Part shown: positions 20,266 through 30,860 of the stretch, in pieces | How positions within the stretch are numbered: position 1 is the stretch's first letter | Layout of the letters: the number at the start of each line of letters is the position of its first letter | DNA from: a virus | Virus record (IMG/VR): IMGVR_UViG_3300020183_000015 | Span: 69,947-133,946 of that record | Strand: one strand, 5' to 3' | DNA length: 64,000 nucleotides | The notes under the pieces: generated by a model | What the model was told of the DNA's origin: nothing | The model's input: the letters and a program-made list of their open reading frames with translations, nothing else | The model's database searches: none | Position numbers and translations under genes: made by a program

Positions 20266-23200
20266 ATGCCAAAATCAATTAGAATAAGGACTGAAGTAGG
20301 GGTTGACAAATACATAAACTTAGATTTAGAACAAGATTTTGAGTTAATAGAAATATTATCTTTAAAAATTCTTACAAATGATCTCTATACAAGATATTGT
20401 TCTGATTATGGTGTAATCGTTGGGCGTGTAAGTGTAAACAACGGTTACGGTGTACCAAATGCTAGAGTATCTGTTTTTATTCCATTACAAGGTGAAGATG
20501 TAAATAATCCTGTAATTGCCGAATTATATCCTTACGTAAATCTAAGTAGTAGAAACGAACAAGGTTATAGATATAATTTATTACCTGAAGAACCTTCTTA
20601 TATTGGACACCAAGCCACAGGAACTTTCCCAACAAGGGATGATGTTCTAATGAATTCATCCTACGTTGAGGTTTACGACAGATATTATAGATTTACAGTA
20701 AAAACAAACGAAAGTGGAGACTTCATGATTTTTGGGGTTCCGATTGGAGAACAAACAGTTGTAATGGATGTTGATTTATCCGACATTGGTTGTTTTTCAC
20801 TTTCACCACAAGACTTGATTCAAGAAGGTGTTGCAACCGAATCTCAAGTGGATAGTGCACAATTTAAAACTTCAACCAACTTAGACTCTCTACCACAAAT
20901 TGTTAATTTAAATTTCAATGTTGATGTAAGACCACTATGGGGGGATTTAGATTTATGTCAATTAGGTATTACTAGATTAGATTTTGATTTAACAAAATTT
21001 GCAAACATTGTAATTAAACCCTATGCTGTTTTTATGGGATCTCTTGTGTCGACAACTGATGATGATTCTTTGTCAATTGCTTGTAGACCAAAAAATGATA
21101 CGGGAAACTTTTGTGAGTTAATTGCAGGACCAGGACAGATCTTAGCAATTCGACAAACAATTTTTTCAGACCAAACAGGTAAACCTGTTTTAGAAGAATA
21201 TGTCTTTGAAAATGATGGAAAAATAATTGACAACAATGGTACTTTTGTTGCTAGCGTACCAATGAATCTCGATTACATAGTAACAAATGAGTTTGGAGAT
21301 CAGATAATATCTAACGATCCATCGAAAGGTATTCCAACAAAAGGCAAATACAGATTTAAGTTTAGATGGATTAACAAAGAAAAAACTTTGTCACTCAACA
21401 GATTCCAACAACAAATTGGACAACTGAAAAAAGAGGTAGGTTTATCAGATGATGAATATAGTGGTCAATATCAAAGAGCATCATTTTTAGTGCCAAATAT
21501 TAAAGAGTATGGGTGGCAAAACTCAGGAGTTGACCCTCTGACATTACAAAGTCAAACAGTTACTTACTCAATACCATCACCACCTCCAATTCAACCACCA
21601 TATCCAGCACAAACAGGACCAACAATTGTTATACCTAACAGTGTTGGTTGGCAATTTGTTTTGGCAACTAATAACATCTCTTATGAGATATGGATCGACA
21701 CTGGATCAGGATTTCAACCTTATTTTGGTGGAGTCGAATCAATTTTTTTACCAGCGGGTTCCCAAGTTTACATTGTAGGAACTCCTTTGAGTATAAACCC
21801 ACAGACATTTACTTTTAACGAAATACCACAAGATAAATTTAACCTTTATAGGTCATATGCATTTTCATTAGATTGGGATGACTATGCCGATTTTCAGTCG
21901 GCAATAGATTGTGAAGATACATTCTATCAATTTAATTACAACAAAGTTTATACAACAGCATTATTTTTGGACAGGTATAAAAATGGGTTAGGAAGAGCTA
22001 AACATTTGGGTATTAAAGAAATAGATAATAGAACTTGTAAAACTGAAAACAATACATTTCCTGTAAACGATATTATAAGAAACTTTGATTTGATATTTTT
22101 TGTATTCAATTTACTAATGATAATCATATTACCATTGGCAATTCTCATATTGTTTTTGGCACATTTTTTAGCTTGGTTGTGGCCATATATTAAAGCCGTA
22201 ATAGTATTACTTTATATTTTTCTTGTGGGATATCAAGGATATCAAGCTTATTTAGCATACCAAGATTATTCGGAATGCCAGCAGAGTGCTATTGGAATAG
22301 GAGCCGTAAACCCAGCATTAGGTGCCAGCATGACTGCTGCGTGTTTACAACTATTCCTTGCGGCATTAGGACAAGCGGCTTTCATGATTGCTGTTGTTAC
22401 CGCCTTCGGGTTGTTTTTACTAGACGCTATTCGAAGGATAACATTCTTTCCAAGGATACCACTACCAATGATAAATTATCCAGATTGTGCGGCATGTGAA
22501 TGTCAATGTGGAACTGCAGAATTGGATGATAATTTTAATATACAATCAGTACAAGGAGATATTAATAGTGCCGCTGAAGTAGCTTCCCAAACTCTGTCAA
22601 ACCCTACCAACATACAATTGACAATTTCCGCAGGATTCTTAGCCCCTGTAGGTATTTCTGGATCATATACTTCAACACACCCAAATTATTATCAAAATCC
22701 TCAGGGATCAACAAACGTTAATGACGGACCTTTTTATTGTGGGTTTCCGTTATCAGATTTCCAATCAATAGAATATTCTTTACAACAGGGAACAATTGAT
22801 GGTAACGTCGCAGCTAGAGCCTCTCAAGATTACTTAAGGTTGTTTTCAGGATATGACATACTTTCATCTTCGAATACAATAAAAATGACTATTAATGAGA
22901 AAGATTTAATACACGCTCCACAACCTTTCTTGTTTGCAGCAAATCAAACTTTTGGTATTAATCCTGATAGAAGATGGTTTGCATTTCCACTTTCTGAGAC
23001 TTATCCACAAAGATTAAATCAATTTAATACTAGAGATAAGTATTTTTCAGGTGTAAATAGAATAAAAACCACCGTAAATCCACAAATTGTAGGATCACAA
23101 CCTTTTGATGACCAAGTGATAGTGATGTTAGCAAAACCAGAAGTTTCACAACAATTAACCCCAGGCAAAGTATTCACATTCCAAAATCCGGATTATTTTG

Positions 23201-26151
23201 ATTTAAATTCACCAATTAGATTGGTTAACCTTACGGGGGCATCTTTTAATGATTTTGGAACAAACTCGATCACAGGAGTTACATTTACAGGAACCACTGG
23301 TATAACTATCAACTACGCAAACCCTTTAGTACCAAACGGATCGGTAGTCTCAACTGCTAACATTTTCTTGACTGCAAATCCTGTTACCCAAGTTGTGTCT
23401 TTAGCAAACAATGGACCCACAACGGCAGGCGTCAATGGGTATGAACAATCTTATCTTAGATTTCCGACCGACTTGGAATACTTTCAGGCAATCACAGGTC
23501 TTACGGTTACTAACTTTTTAAATCAGGCCAGTACCTTTAACTCCAATTTATTTCCAAAAGGATATTTGTTACATCAAATAAAGTATTTAAGACCCAATTG
23601 TGGTTTAGTAAATCCGCCAGGAACAAACTATTTTGTAGAAACCATCACAACACCAGCATTACAATTAATGCAAAATTTTGGAAACTATGAAGTTATAATT
23701 TGTACAAGAGGTGTAGATCCACACTCACAAACACAAAACATACAATACGATCTCTCAACAATTTTTGGTAATCCATCAAACACTAATGTTGTGGCTGGAC
23801 CATATTACCCAAATGTTCCAATACAAGCATACCCACCGAGTATTGTGACCAACACTTCAGAAAACCCAATTACTCATTATACACCTGATAATAATGGATA
23901 TGATTTATATTTTCCATCATTATCATTTACAGTATCGCCTCAGTCCGCCATAAATCCAAACTACACTGGATTCACTTCGAACCTACCATATTATTATTTG
24001 TCAACTGATGATGATTCAATTTATGTTGGAAACACATTTTCGCAACTTTACAATCCTGGAGGTTTTAACTCATTCACGACGGGTTTCATTTCACAAAATA
24101 TGATTTGGGTAAATAGTAATTTTGGAGTTCCATGGAATCCTGTTCCCCCATTACCAACAACATATTTTGTTGGGGGATCCTTTATTGGAACAAATCATGA
24201 CCAAGATTCTGCAAACCTATTTTCACTTAATTATTTCGGTTATTCGACATTACCCGGATTTTTAAATTTTACCAAAACACAATACTTTTGGCCCCCATTT
24301 TCAAATACCCCACTACCATTCCCAAGATTAAACTTCTTATATTCGGCTGCGTACTACAAAGTTTATCTCACATCGCCTGTGAATTTTAGTCAAAGAAATT
24401 ATCATTTGATGAGAAGTGATAGAATTCCTACATCAACAAAAGTACAAAACGGAACCGCGGCTGAGAGTGGTTATGGTTTACATCAAAACGACAATTTTTT
24501 CTATTATGGTTTTGAAGATGAAGACGCGTCGGTGTACACTACTGGTGGAGATATTATTGATGGATCAGGTTTAGATACTTCTAACATTATAACAGCACTT
24601 ACAGAAACTTTACAATGTGAAGGGATTGTACCTTTATCTTGTTATAGCGGTGATGGTTATACTTGGGGTATAATACCTTACAGTAAATGTTCAGTACCGG
24701 CAAATATAGTTGTAAATGGTTGTTATTGTCTTTTAAACGAAAAAGATCATCCATTAGGCCCACCAATTACAAAAACTATTCTTGGAATTAAGTTTACAAT
24801 AAGAAAACGTAAATATTTAGTCTACGGAGCATTCCAATCAGATTTAGCATTACTTTACGAATGGAAGGTTAGGTTTACAATGAATTTTGCTCTTTGTCGA
24901 GGAGTATTTGCTCAAGTATTTCAAAACAACTGGGTAAATGGGGTGTTATACATGTTCTCATTTAATACTAGAAAAATATTTGGATTTGACCCTAATCAAC
25001 CATTATACAACACTCAATTTTATAAATCATACTGTGATGACGTAATAGTTTATAATGATATAACCAACAATTTTTATTATAGATCCTCACCTTGGAACTA
25101 TGTAATTTCTGAATTCATTGGAAAAAACCCACCCTCAACAAACATGTACCCTGCATCTTTATTAAATTTGTTTCCTCCAGGGTATAACAAAAAACAAATA
25201 CAATTCCCAACAACTGTAGTCGACTTGGGCCCAAGAGATAGTTTTATTAAAGAAATTTGTTCTAATCCTGCATTTGGAAGTTACTACGCAGATCAACTTG
25301 ACACGACATCATACCAAGATAACTCAAACATATTGTTATTAGGGTTCTTATCAAGATTGTTAAACCAAGAAGTTTCTAACACCATTCAACCATCTGGATC
25401 ACAAAATGCGCTAAAGGAAGGTTACAGTATCACTCAATTTTTCGATAACAATAGGCAGTCTGCGAGAATAGATGGTGACATTGCACAAATGTTATCAATA
25501 AATTCAGAATGGAAAGTTTCGCCATTTATCACAGAAAATTTAGATCCCGCGACGGCAAACGATTATATTTTCTTTGGTACAGAAATACCCGGGGCTCCTA
25601 CCAAACCGGTTTTTGGGGTTTTCTTTTCTTCATCAACACAAGAGTTAAGATATAGAAAAATTATGTCACCAGGTATTGAAACTTACTCACAAACTCCTTT
25701 GATTCAAGAAGTTTTTGGATATCCAAAATCTCAAGAGGTGCCTCATTACAGATGGCTAATTTCACAAAGTCCTTGGATTTTCGGAACTGAAAATAACAAT
25801 TGGTATACAGATGTTTTAACTGCAGGTTTTTTCAAAAAACAATATCAAGATTTAAACTTTTTCTCACTTAATGAAAAATATTTAACACAATATAACCAAT
25901 CACAAGCTGGATTTGGGTTCATAACTAACTTTGATGGTACAGTTATACCTCCACTTCCCGAACCAAAGCCTGCTTTTCCACCGGCAGGGACATCAGGTGT
26001 TATACAAGGTCAACCGATTGGGTCACCAACACAAACAACAGGTAAACAACAATCATTTGTCGTTGGTGCACCATACCATTTTTATTTTGGTTTGAAAAAC
26101 GGAGCCACGGCAATAGATAAATTCTATAAACTTTATGTACCAGAATTTTAA
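20266..26151 (+). CDS. Giant putative virion protein with N-terminal beta-sandwich and internal membrane-spanning region
   Basis: 1961 aa. The N-terminal GVIVGRVSVNNGYGVPNARVS...TNESGDFMIFGVP is carboxypeptidase-regulatory-like. Long hydrophobic helices at about aa 610-720. Follows gp6. Confidence 0.55.
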   Translation: MPKSIRIRTEVGVDKYINLDLEQDFELIEILSLKILTNDLYTRYCSDYGVIVGRVSVNNGYGVPNARVSVFIPLQGEDVNNPVIAELYPYVNLSSRNEQGYRYNLLPEEPSYIGHQATGTFPTRDDVLMNSSYVEVYDRYYRFTVKTNESGDFMIFGVPIGEQTVVMDVDLSDIGCFSLSPQDLIQEGVATESQVDSAQFKTSTNLDSLPQIVNLNFNVDVRPLWGDLDLCQLGITRLDFDLTKFANIVIKPYAVFMGSLVSTTDDDSLSIACRPKNDTGNFCELIAGPGQILAIRQTIFSDQTGKPVLEEYVFENDGKIIDNNGTFVASVPMNLDYIVTNEFGDQIISNDPSKGIPTKGKYRFKFRWINKEKTLSLNRFQQQIGQLKKEVGLSDDEYSGQYQRASFLVPNIKEYGWQNSGVDPLTLQSQTVTYSIPSPPPIQPPYPAQTGPTIVIPNSVGWQFVLATNNISYEIWIDTGSGFQPYFGGVESIFLPAGSQVYIVGTPLSINPQTFTFNEIPQDKFNLYRSYAFSLDWDDYADFQSAIDCEDTFYQFNYNKVYTTALFLDRYKNGLGRAKHLGIKEIDNRTCKTENNTFPVNDIIRNFDLIFFVFNLLMIIILPLAILILFLAHFLAWLWPYIKAVIVLLYIFLVGYQGYQAYLAYQDYSECQQSAIGIGAVNPALGASMTAACLQLFLAALGQAAFMIAVVTAFGLFLLDAIRRITFFPRIPLPMINYPDCAACECQCGTAELDDNFNIQSVQGDINSAAEVASQTLSNPTNIQLTISAGFLAPVGISGSYTSTHPNYYQNPQGSTNVNDGPFYCGFPLSDFQSIEYSLQQGTIDGNVAARASQDYLRLFSGYDILSSSNTIKMTINEKDLIHAPQPFLFAANQTFGINPDRRWFAFPLSETYPQRLNQFNTRDKYFSGVNRIKTTVNPQIVGSQPFDDQVIVMLAKPEVSQQLTPGKVFTFQNPDYFDLNSPIRLVNLTGASFNDFGTNSITGVTFTGTTGITINYANPLVPNGSVVSTANIFLTANPVTQVVSLANNGPTTAGVNGYEQSYLRFPTDLEYFQAITGLTVTNFLNQASTFNSNLFPKGYLLHQIKYLRPNCGLVNPPGTNYFVETITTPALQLMQNFGNYEVIICTRGVDPHSQTQNIQYDLSTIFGNPSNTNVVAGPYYPNVPIQAYPPSIVTNTSENPITHYTPDNNGYDLYFPSLSFTVSPQSAINPNYTGFTSNLPYYYLSTDDDSIYVGNTFSQLYNPGGFNSFTTGFISQNMIWVNSNFGVPWNPVPPLPTTYFVGGSFIGTNHDQDSANLFSLNYFGYSTLPGFLNFTKTQYFWPPFSNTPLPFPRLNFLYSAAYYKVYLTSPVNFSQRNYHLMRSDRIPTSTKVQNGTAAESGYGLHQNDNFFYYGFEDEDASVYTTGGDIIDGSGLDTSNIITALTETLQCEGIVPLSCYSGDGYTWGIIPYSKCSVPANIVVNGCYCLLNEKDHPLGPPITKTILGIKFTIRKRKYLVYGAFQSDLALLYEWKVRFTMNFALCRGVFAQVFQNNWVNGVLYMFSFNTRKIFGFDPNQPLYNTQFYKSYCDDVIVYNDITNNFYYRSSPWNYVISEFIGKNPPSTNMYPASLLNLFPPGYNKKQIQFPTTVVDLGPRDSFIKEICSNPAFGSYYADQLDTTSYQDNSNILLLGFLSRLLNQEVSNTIQPSGSQNALKEGYSITQFFDNNRQSARIDGDIAQMLSINSEWKVSPFITENLDPATANDYIFFGTEIPGAPTKPVFGVFFSSSTQELRYRKIMSPGIETYSQTPLIQEVFGYPKSQEVPHYRWLISQSPWIFGTENNNWYTDVLTAGFFKKQYQDLNFFSLNEKYLTQYNQSQAGFGFITNFDGTVIPPLPEPKPAFPPAGTSGVIQGQPIGSPTQTTGKQQSFVVGAPYHFYFGLKNGATAIDKFYKLYVPEF

Positions 26152-27962
26152 TGAGTTCAGATTCAACAAGTATAATAATAGGTAGAGAAAGATTTAAAGG
26201 TGCTGTTGACGTTGACAGTTTTGTAAACCTTTCAGTTGATCAAACTACAAAATTACTAACAGAATATGATAGGTCTGTTAATTTAAATTTGGAAAATTTG
26301 TTTGATGAAGAAAGACAAAACTCAACAATATTCAGACCATCTACAAAATATACCGTATTGTTTAGTAATGCATTAACTGGCACAACAACCTATGTACCGT
26401 TCAGAGATTATCTTTATTATACAAACGAATTACAAAATACTATAACGGCATTTCCTGGAGGTAACGTAACTGCAGTACCACCATTTCCGCCTGTTGCGTC
26501 TGCGTGGGAAGGACACCCACAATACTTCGAGTTTGACTTTATAAGAACAGACAACAATGTTCCAGGTTACACCCAACCCCCAAACCAACACGTTTTATTT
26601 AAAAATGTAAGTGCGAGTACTTACAATTGGACACACTACGTAAGTTACCCATACAAAAATGATTATAAAAAACAACTTCAGTTGTATAGTGGTGATACTC
26701 AAGTTTTTTGGAATTGGCAGGCATCTTTAGGAATACCATTTGTTATTGAAATTGGGTCTAACCAAAACACAAGGATAATTTCTTTCAAATGTCCTTTGAT
26801 GCATGGACTTAACGCTACTGAGTATGTGGAGTTATACAATAGTTTAGGCGGACCACTAAACTACAACGGGAACAACATATTTCAAGTGACAAGTTTAGGA
26901 GACGCTGGTTATGGGTCAGATAATTACATATTTAATATATCGAACGTAGGATTTATTGGGGCAACATTTAACTCATCTGTGTTAGGTTTTTTCAAAAGAA
27001 TTATAAATATTAACAATATAAATGAAACAAAAAGTGAATACTATGTTAGAAGACATAAAATAATCACCGATTTGGATTGTGCGGTTTTAACTAACTCAGG
27101 TTTTGAACAAAATATATTCAACGCAAACCCTAAATTCATGTCCTATGCACTTACACCAACTCAAGTTTTCAAATCGACAATTAAAGAAAATAGTCAATCT
27201 TATAATTTGACTTTTAATTGTGATATAGATGTAAGTTTGTATAGAGACAATCAAAAAAGACCAATAACACAATTATTTTTTACAACCGTTTGGAGGGGAT
27301 ATTTTGGGTGGACAAGAAACATGAAACAAGGTTGGCAATTTAACATACCATTAAGGACAAACGCAAATCCACAACCATGGTGGGATCAAGCAAACCTTTT
27401 GTCTTTTACTAATATACCACAATCATCATATAACTCCAACGGAACCGGTCCTTTTTTCTATAATACAACTTTAAGTTCGGGTGATACTTTGGATGGTGAT
27501 TATTGTGAATGGAACGATTACGATCAAACCGAAAGAGTTATTTCTGAGTATGTTCACAAAATCAAATTTAATGGTAATTGGTTTTTAGTTTCTTCCAACT
27601 ATATTCCACCATCTAATCAATACGGTTATTTTTATTCACCACACTCACCAATACAAATAAGACAATTTTCTAGTTACGTAGAAGAAGGTAGTGCCACTGT
27701 TGTGTCAAATATACCTGATTGGGCGTATTTCTCTCAATTATCAAATAGTTTTAGATGGAGAGATATTTACTCATATGGTATTGTGGATGAGGATGGATTG
27801 GGGGTTGATTTTCCATTTTTGAACGGAAAACATTATCCTTATGTGAATACAATTTTTAGAATTACTCCTGAAAATTACAATATTTTATCGCGATATCAAC
27901 AAGGTGTGGTAGGACCAAACATAACAACAATAGAAGATCCAACAATAGATGAGTGTGAATAA
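26151..27962 (+). CDS. Putative structural protein
   Basis: 603 aa, translationally coupled within the baseplate operon. Confidence 0.55.
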   Translation: MSSDSTSIIIGRERFKGAVDVDSFVNLSVDQTTKLLTEYDRSVNLNLENLFDEERQNSTIFRPSTKYTVLFSNALTGTTTYVPFRDYLYYTNELQNTITAFPGGNVTAVPPFPPVASAWEGHPQYFEFDFIRTDNNVPGYTQPPNQHVLFKNVSASTYNWTHYVSYPYKNDYKKQLQLYSGDTQVFWNWQASLGIPFVIEIGSNQNTRIISFKCPLMHGLNATEYVELYNSLGGPLNYNGNNIFQVTSLGDAGYGSDNYIFNISNVGFIGATFNSSVLGFFKRIININNINETKSEYYVRRHKIITDLDCAVLTNSGFEQNIFNANPKFMSYALTPTQVFKSTIKENSQSYNLTFNCDIDVSLYRDNQKRPITQLFFTTVWRGYFGWTRNMKQGWQFNIPLRTNANPQPWWDQANLLSFTNIPQSSYNSNGTGPFFYNTTLSSGDTLDGDYCEWNDYDQTERVISEYVHKIKFNGNWFLVSSNYIPPSNQYGYFYSPHSPIQIRQFSSYVEEGSATVVSNIPDWAYFSQLSNSFRWRDIYSYGIVDEDGLGVDFPFLNGKHYPYVNTIFRITPENYNILSRYQQGVVGPNITTIEDPTIDECE

Positions 27963-28752
27963 GTTTAAAATACTACAGGATGACATTAACAAGTATTTGA
28001 ACATACCTGTTGAAATGACTTGGGACTTTACAGGAAGAGATCAAGCAATTGAGGAGTATGAAAAAACAATTCTAAATGAAGTTATAGGACAACCAAAAGA
28101 CTTCGAAGTTTTGAGATTTTCACACAAACCAAATCTTCAAGCATTTACAGACATAAATTACGAGTTCAACTTTTTTGACAACACGGTACCTGTTTTAATC
28201 GCAACCCCTTTGAATTGGGCGTCTACATATTTGAATACAGGGTTTAATGTTCAAGACATATATTACTATACAAAGCCTTTTACGAAGTCGTTTTTCAAGT
28301 TGGATTTTTATGACACACCTAATGAACCAACCCAAAAAAATTATTTTACTGTAATAATACCAGTACAACAAGGTTTAAGTCAAACGGCGTTGTTAAGTAC
28401 TTTTGTACCATCTGTAGATATAAGAATACCAACCTTCAAATTAGATTTTATTGGAGACAAAGAGGGATTTTTTCTTTATTGGTTGAGAGAAAGAAATTAC
28501 ATCGATATAAACACATTCTACATGAGTGCTAAGTTTTTTGATGCCAGAACAGGAGTATTTGTTAGAATGACAAACAGATTACAAACTTTAATTCTACCGA
28601 ACGAATTTACTTTTGATAACTCAAATTATTTTTATTACGAAGTAACTTTGGATTATCCGTCTTTCACTTATAAAGTGAATGATGTGATTAGTAATATTGA
28701 AGTTGGAAATGCAACACAACCGATAAAATGGTATGAATATGTAAACCCATAA
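27949..28752 (+). CDS. Putative structural protein
   Basis: 267 aa, overlapping both neighbours in the structural operon. Confidence 0.55.
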   Translation: MSVNKFKILQDDINKYLNIPVEMTWDFTGRDQAIEEYEKTILNEVIGQPKDFEVLRFSHKPNLQAFTDINYEFNFFDNTVPVLIATPLNWASTYLNTGFNVQDIYYYTKPFTKSFFKLDFYDTPNEPTQKNYFTVIIPVQQGLSQTALLSTFVPSVDIRIPTFKLDFIGDKEGFFLYWLRERNYIDINTFYMSAKFFDARTGVFVRMTNRLQTLILPNEFTFDNSNYFYYEVTLDYPSFTYKVNDVISNIEVGNATQPIKWYEYVNP

Positions 28753-29927
28753 TGGAACAACAATATTATAAATTTAGAATATCACCCGAGAACATAAAAG
28801 GTGATTTAATATATGTACCGTTTACTGGCGAAACTGATATTACCACATATATTGACCCTTGTTGTTATACAACAGCACAAACCATCAATACTTTAACAGG
28901 TACTACAGGATATTATTTACCGATGAATTTGGTTTTAAGTGGGGGAACTAATGGTAGTTCATTATTGGAATGTCTCTCGATTAATTTGTTTTTTCAACAA
29001 ACAGCAATTGATATTGGATATTATTCTGTGTTTGATGGGGCTGTAATTCAAAAAGACGTTATTACAAATTTTATAATCACTGCTGACACAACAACAAACC
29101 CACTTGGGTATACATATTCTTTTTATAATACATCTAATTTAGAACTTATAAAGTTTCTCTCTTTGATTGCTTTCACGGTTGATTGGGGTGACGGGTTTAC
29201 CCAACCTATAACTTCAACATTACCTTTATCACACACATATCCGGCAGGATACAATGTGTACACTGTAAAATTGACCGCAAACTCACCTTGGGGTATATCT
29301 TACGTTGAAAAAGATGTTGTAGTTCCATTTACAGGAACTACGATACCAAACCCAAATGGTACCGCAATTTTTGTTCCTGCAGGAATTTGTAGCGGAACTC
29401 CCGTAAGTTATGATTACATTTTTAGTGGAGACTCAAATTGGGATATCAACGACTTTTATAGTTACAACTACACAACAATACCTTTTACGGTTTCGGGGTA
29501 CACAACCTCAACTTTAAATGACCTTCAACAGTATGGACCCGTAACTAATTTGATAGGTGGTAAATTTATCTACGGACCAGTCACTGGTGGTACTGGTGTA
29601 ATAGGGGAGTTTTTGGGTGTTGCACCAAATGGTGAGTACACCGCATACACAATAGATAACATTGTTTACTATGATTATGCTGATTATACAATATACTTAG
29701 TTCAGTCCTCAGGATTTACTAAAAACGATCTTATACTATCGGCAATAACAAAAAATGAAGTTCTTCTAAACGTTATAGATGAACCCCAAGTTATTACAGA
29801 TGTCTATGTAGAAAGGGGAAAATATGCCCCTTTAGAGAGTATAATGAGACTTGGTGAGGTAGACAATTTGGGTGATTTGGAAAAATATGGATATAAATTC
29901 TTTAACGTTATAAAAGAACCAACTTAA
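28752..29927 (+). CDS. Putative structural protein with PKD-like domain
   Basis: VDWGDG...SHTY...YTVKLTANSPWG PKD motif. Confidence 0.65.
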   Translation: MEQQYYKFRISPENIKGDLIYVPFTGETDITTYIDPCCYTTAQTINTLTGTTGYYLPMNLVLSGGTNGSSLLECLSINLFFQQTAIDIGYYSVFDGAVIQKDVITNFIITADTTTNPLGYTYSFYNTSNLELIKFLSLIAFTVDWGDGFTQPITSTLPLSHTYPAGYNVYTVKLTANSPWGISYVEKDVVVPFTGTTIPNPNGTAIFVPAGICSGTPVSYDYIFSGDSNWDINDFYSYNYTTIPFTVSGYTTSTLNDLQQYGPVTNLIGGKFIYGPVTGGTGVIGEFLGVAPNGEYTAYTIDNIVYYDYADYTIYLVQSSGFTKNDLILSAITKNEVLLNVIDEPQVITDVYVERGKYAPLESIMRLGEVDNLGDLEKYGYKFFNVIKEPT

Positions 29928-29951
29928 CTATTTATTTAAAAAAGAAACAAA

Positions 29952-30860
29952 ATGGCAACAGGTAATTATGGTACAATTAGAGGGGCGGATGTAAGTCCCG
30001 AAGATGTTGAAATAATAATGACTTATACCCCAAGTAGGGATGATACAAATAACTTTGTTTTGACAACTTTGAATGCTCAAGATATATTACGTCCATACTT
30101 TCACAATGTTGAAACAGGTGGAAACGCTGGCGTTGAGATATTGGGTGGTCTTTATAATTTAAAATTACCCGCTACTGAGTTTAATAAATTAGGAATTTAT
30201 ACTTTATTAATAAGACCTGCAGAAATCAGAACAAGAATAAATGACTGTGGTGTTTTATCGGCATTACCCAATGTAAAAGGTATTGTAATTGATATAAATC
30301 AAGTACCGATACAATATAGAAACAAATTTGTAAATCAAGGTCTTGTTGGTTTCAGAGTTGAATACCTTAATCCTGATGGTACCAAAATACCTAATTTCTT
30401 TAGAATAATAACTTCGTCATTTTATTGTGAACCTGTTGTACAGAATTTGACAAACACAACTCAAAAGTCAATCAGATATAGATATGTAGAAGGGGCAACA
30501 AACTTAATGTTTTGTACATTGTCTCCTTCATCATCACCAACGAACAAACCTAATGCAACACCATATATTGGACAACCAAACCAAAATATTATTATTACTA
30601 ACACATATTTCAATCCAATTACAACTGAAATAGAAATGGTTGACCAAGATATATCCACATTGGCAATTGCCCTTTATGGAAATCAAACTAAGTCTATTGA
30701 TGATGGTATCTATACAATATACGATTCTACAAATAATATCTACAAACAGTACAATTTATACGAAATTAAAGATCAATTCAACAACCTATTGTATGAAGTA
30801 AGACAGGATAGAGGTATAAACATAGATTTCAGTAAGAGTTTTTCTAACATAACAGGATAA
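29952..30860 (+). CDS. Putative structural protein
   Basis: 302 aa, TATTTAT upstream, coupled to the next gene. Confidence 0.55.
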   Translation: MATGNYGTIRGADVSPEDVEIIMTYTPSRDDTNNFVLTTLNAQDILRPYFHNVETGGNAGVEILGGLYNLKLPATEFNKLGIYTLLIRPAEIRTRINDCGVLSALPNVKGIVIDINQVPIQYRNKFVNQGLVGFRVEYLNPDGTKIPNFFRIITSSFYCEPVVQNLTNTTQKSIRYRYVEGATNLMFCTLSPSSSPTNKPNATPYIGQPNQNIIITNTYFNPITTEIEMVDQDISTLAIALYGNQTKSIDDGIYTIYDSTNNIYKQYNLYEIKDQFNNLLYEVRQDRGINIDFSKSFSNITG

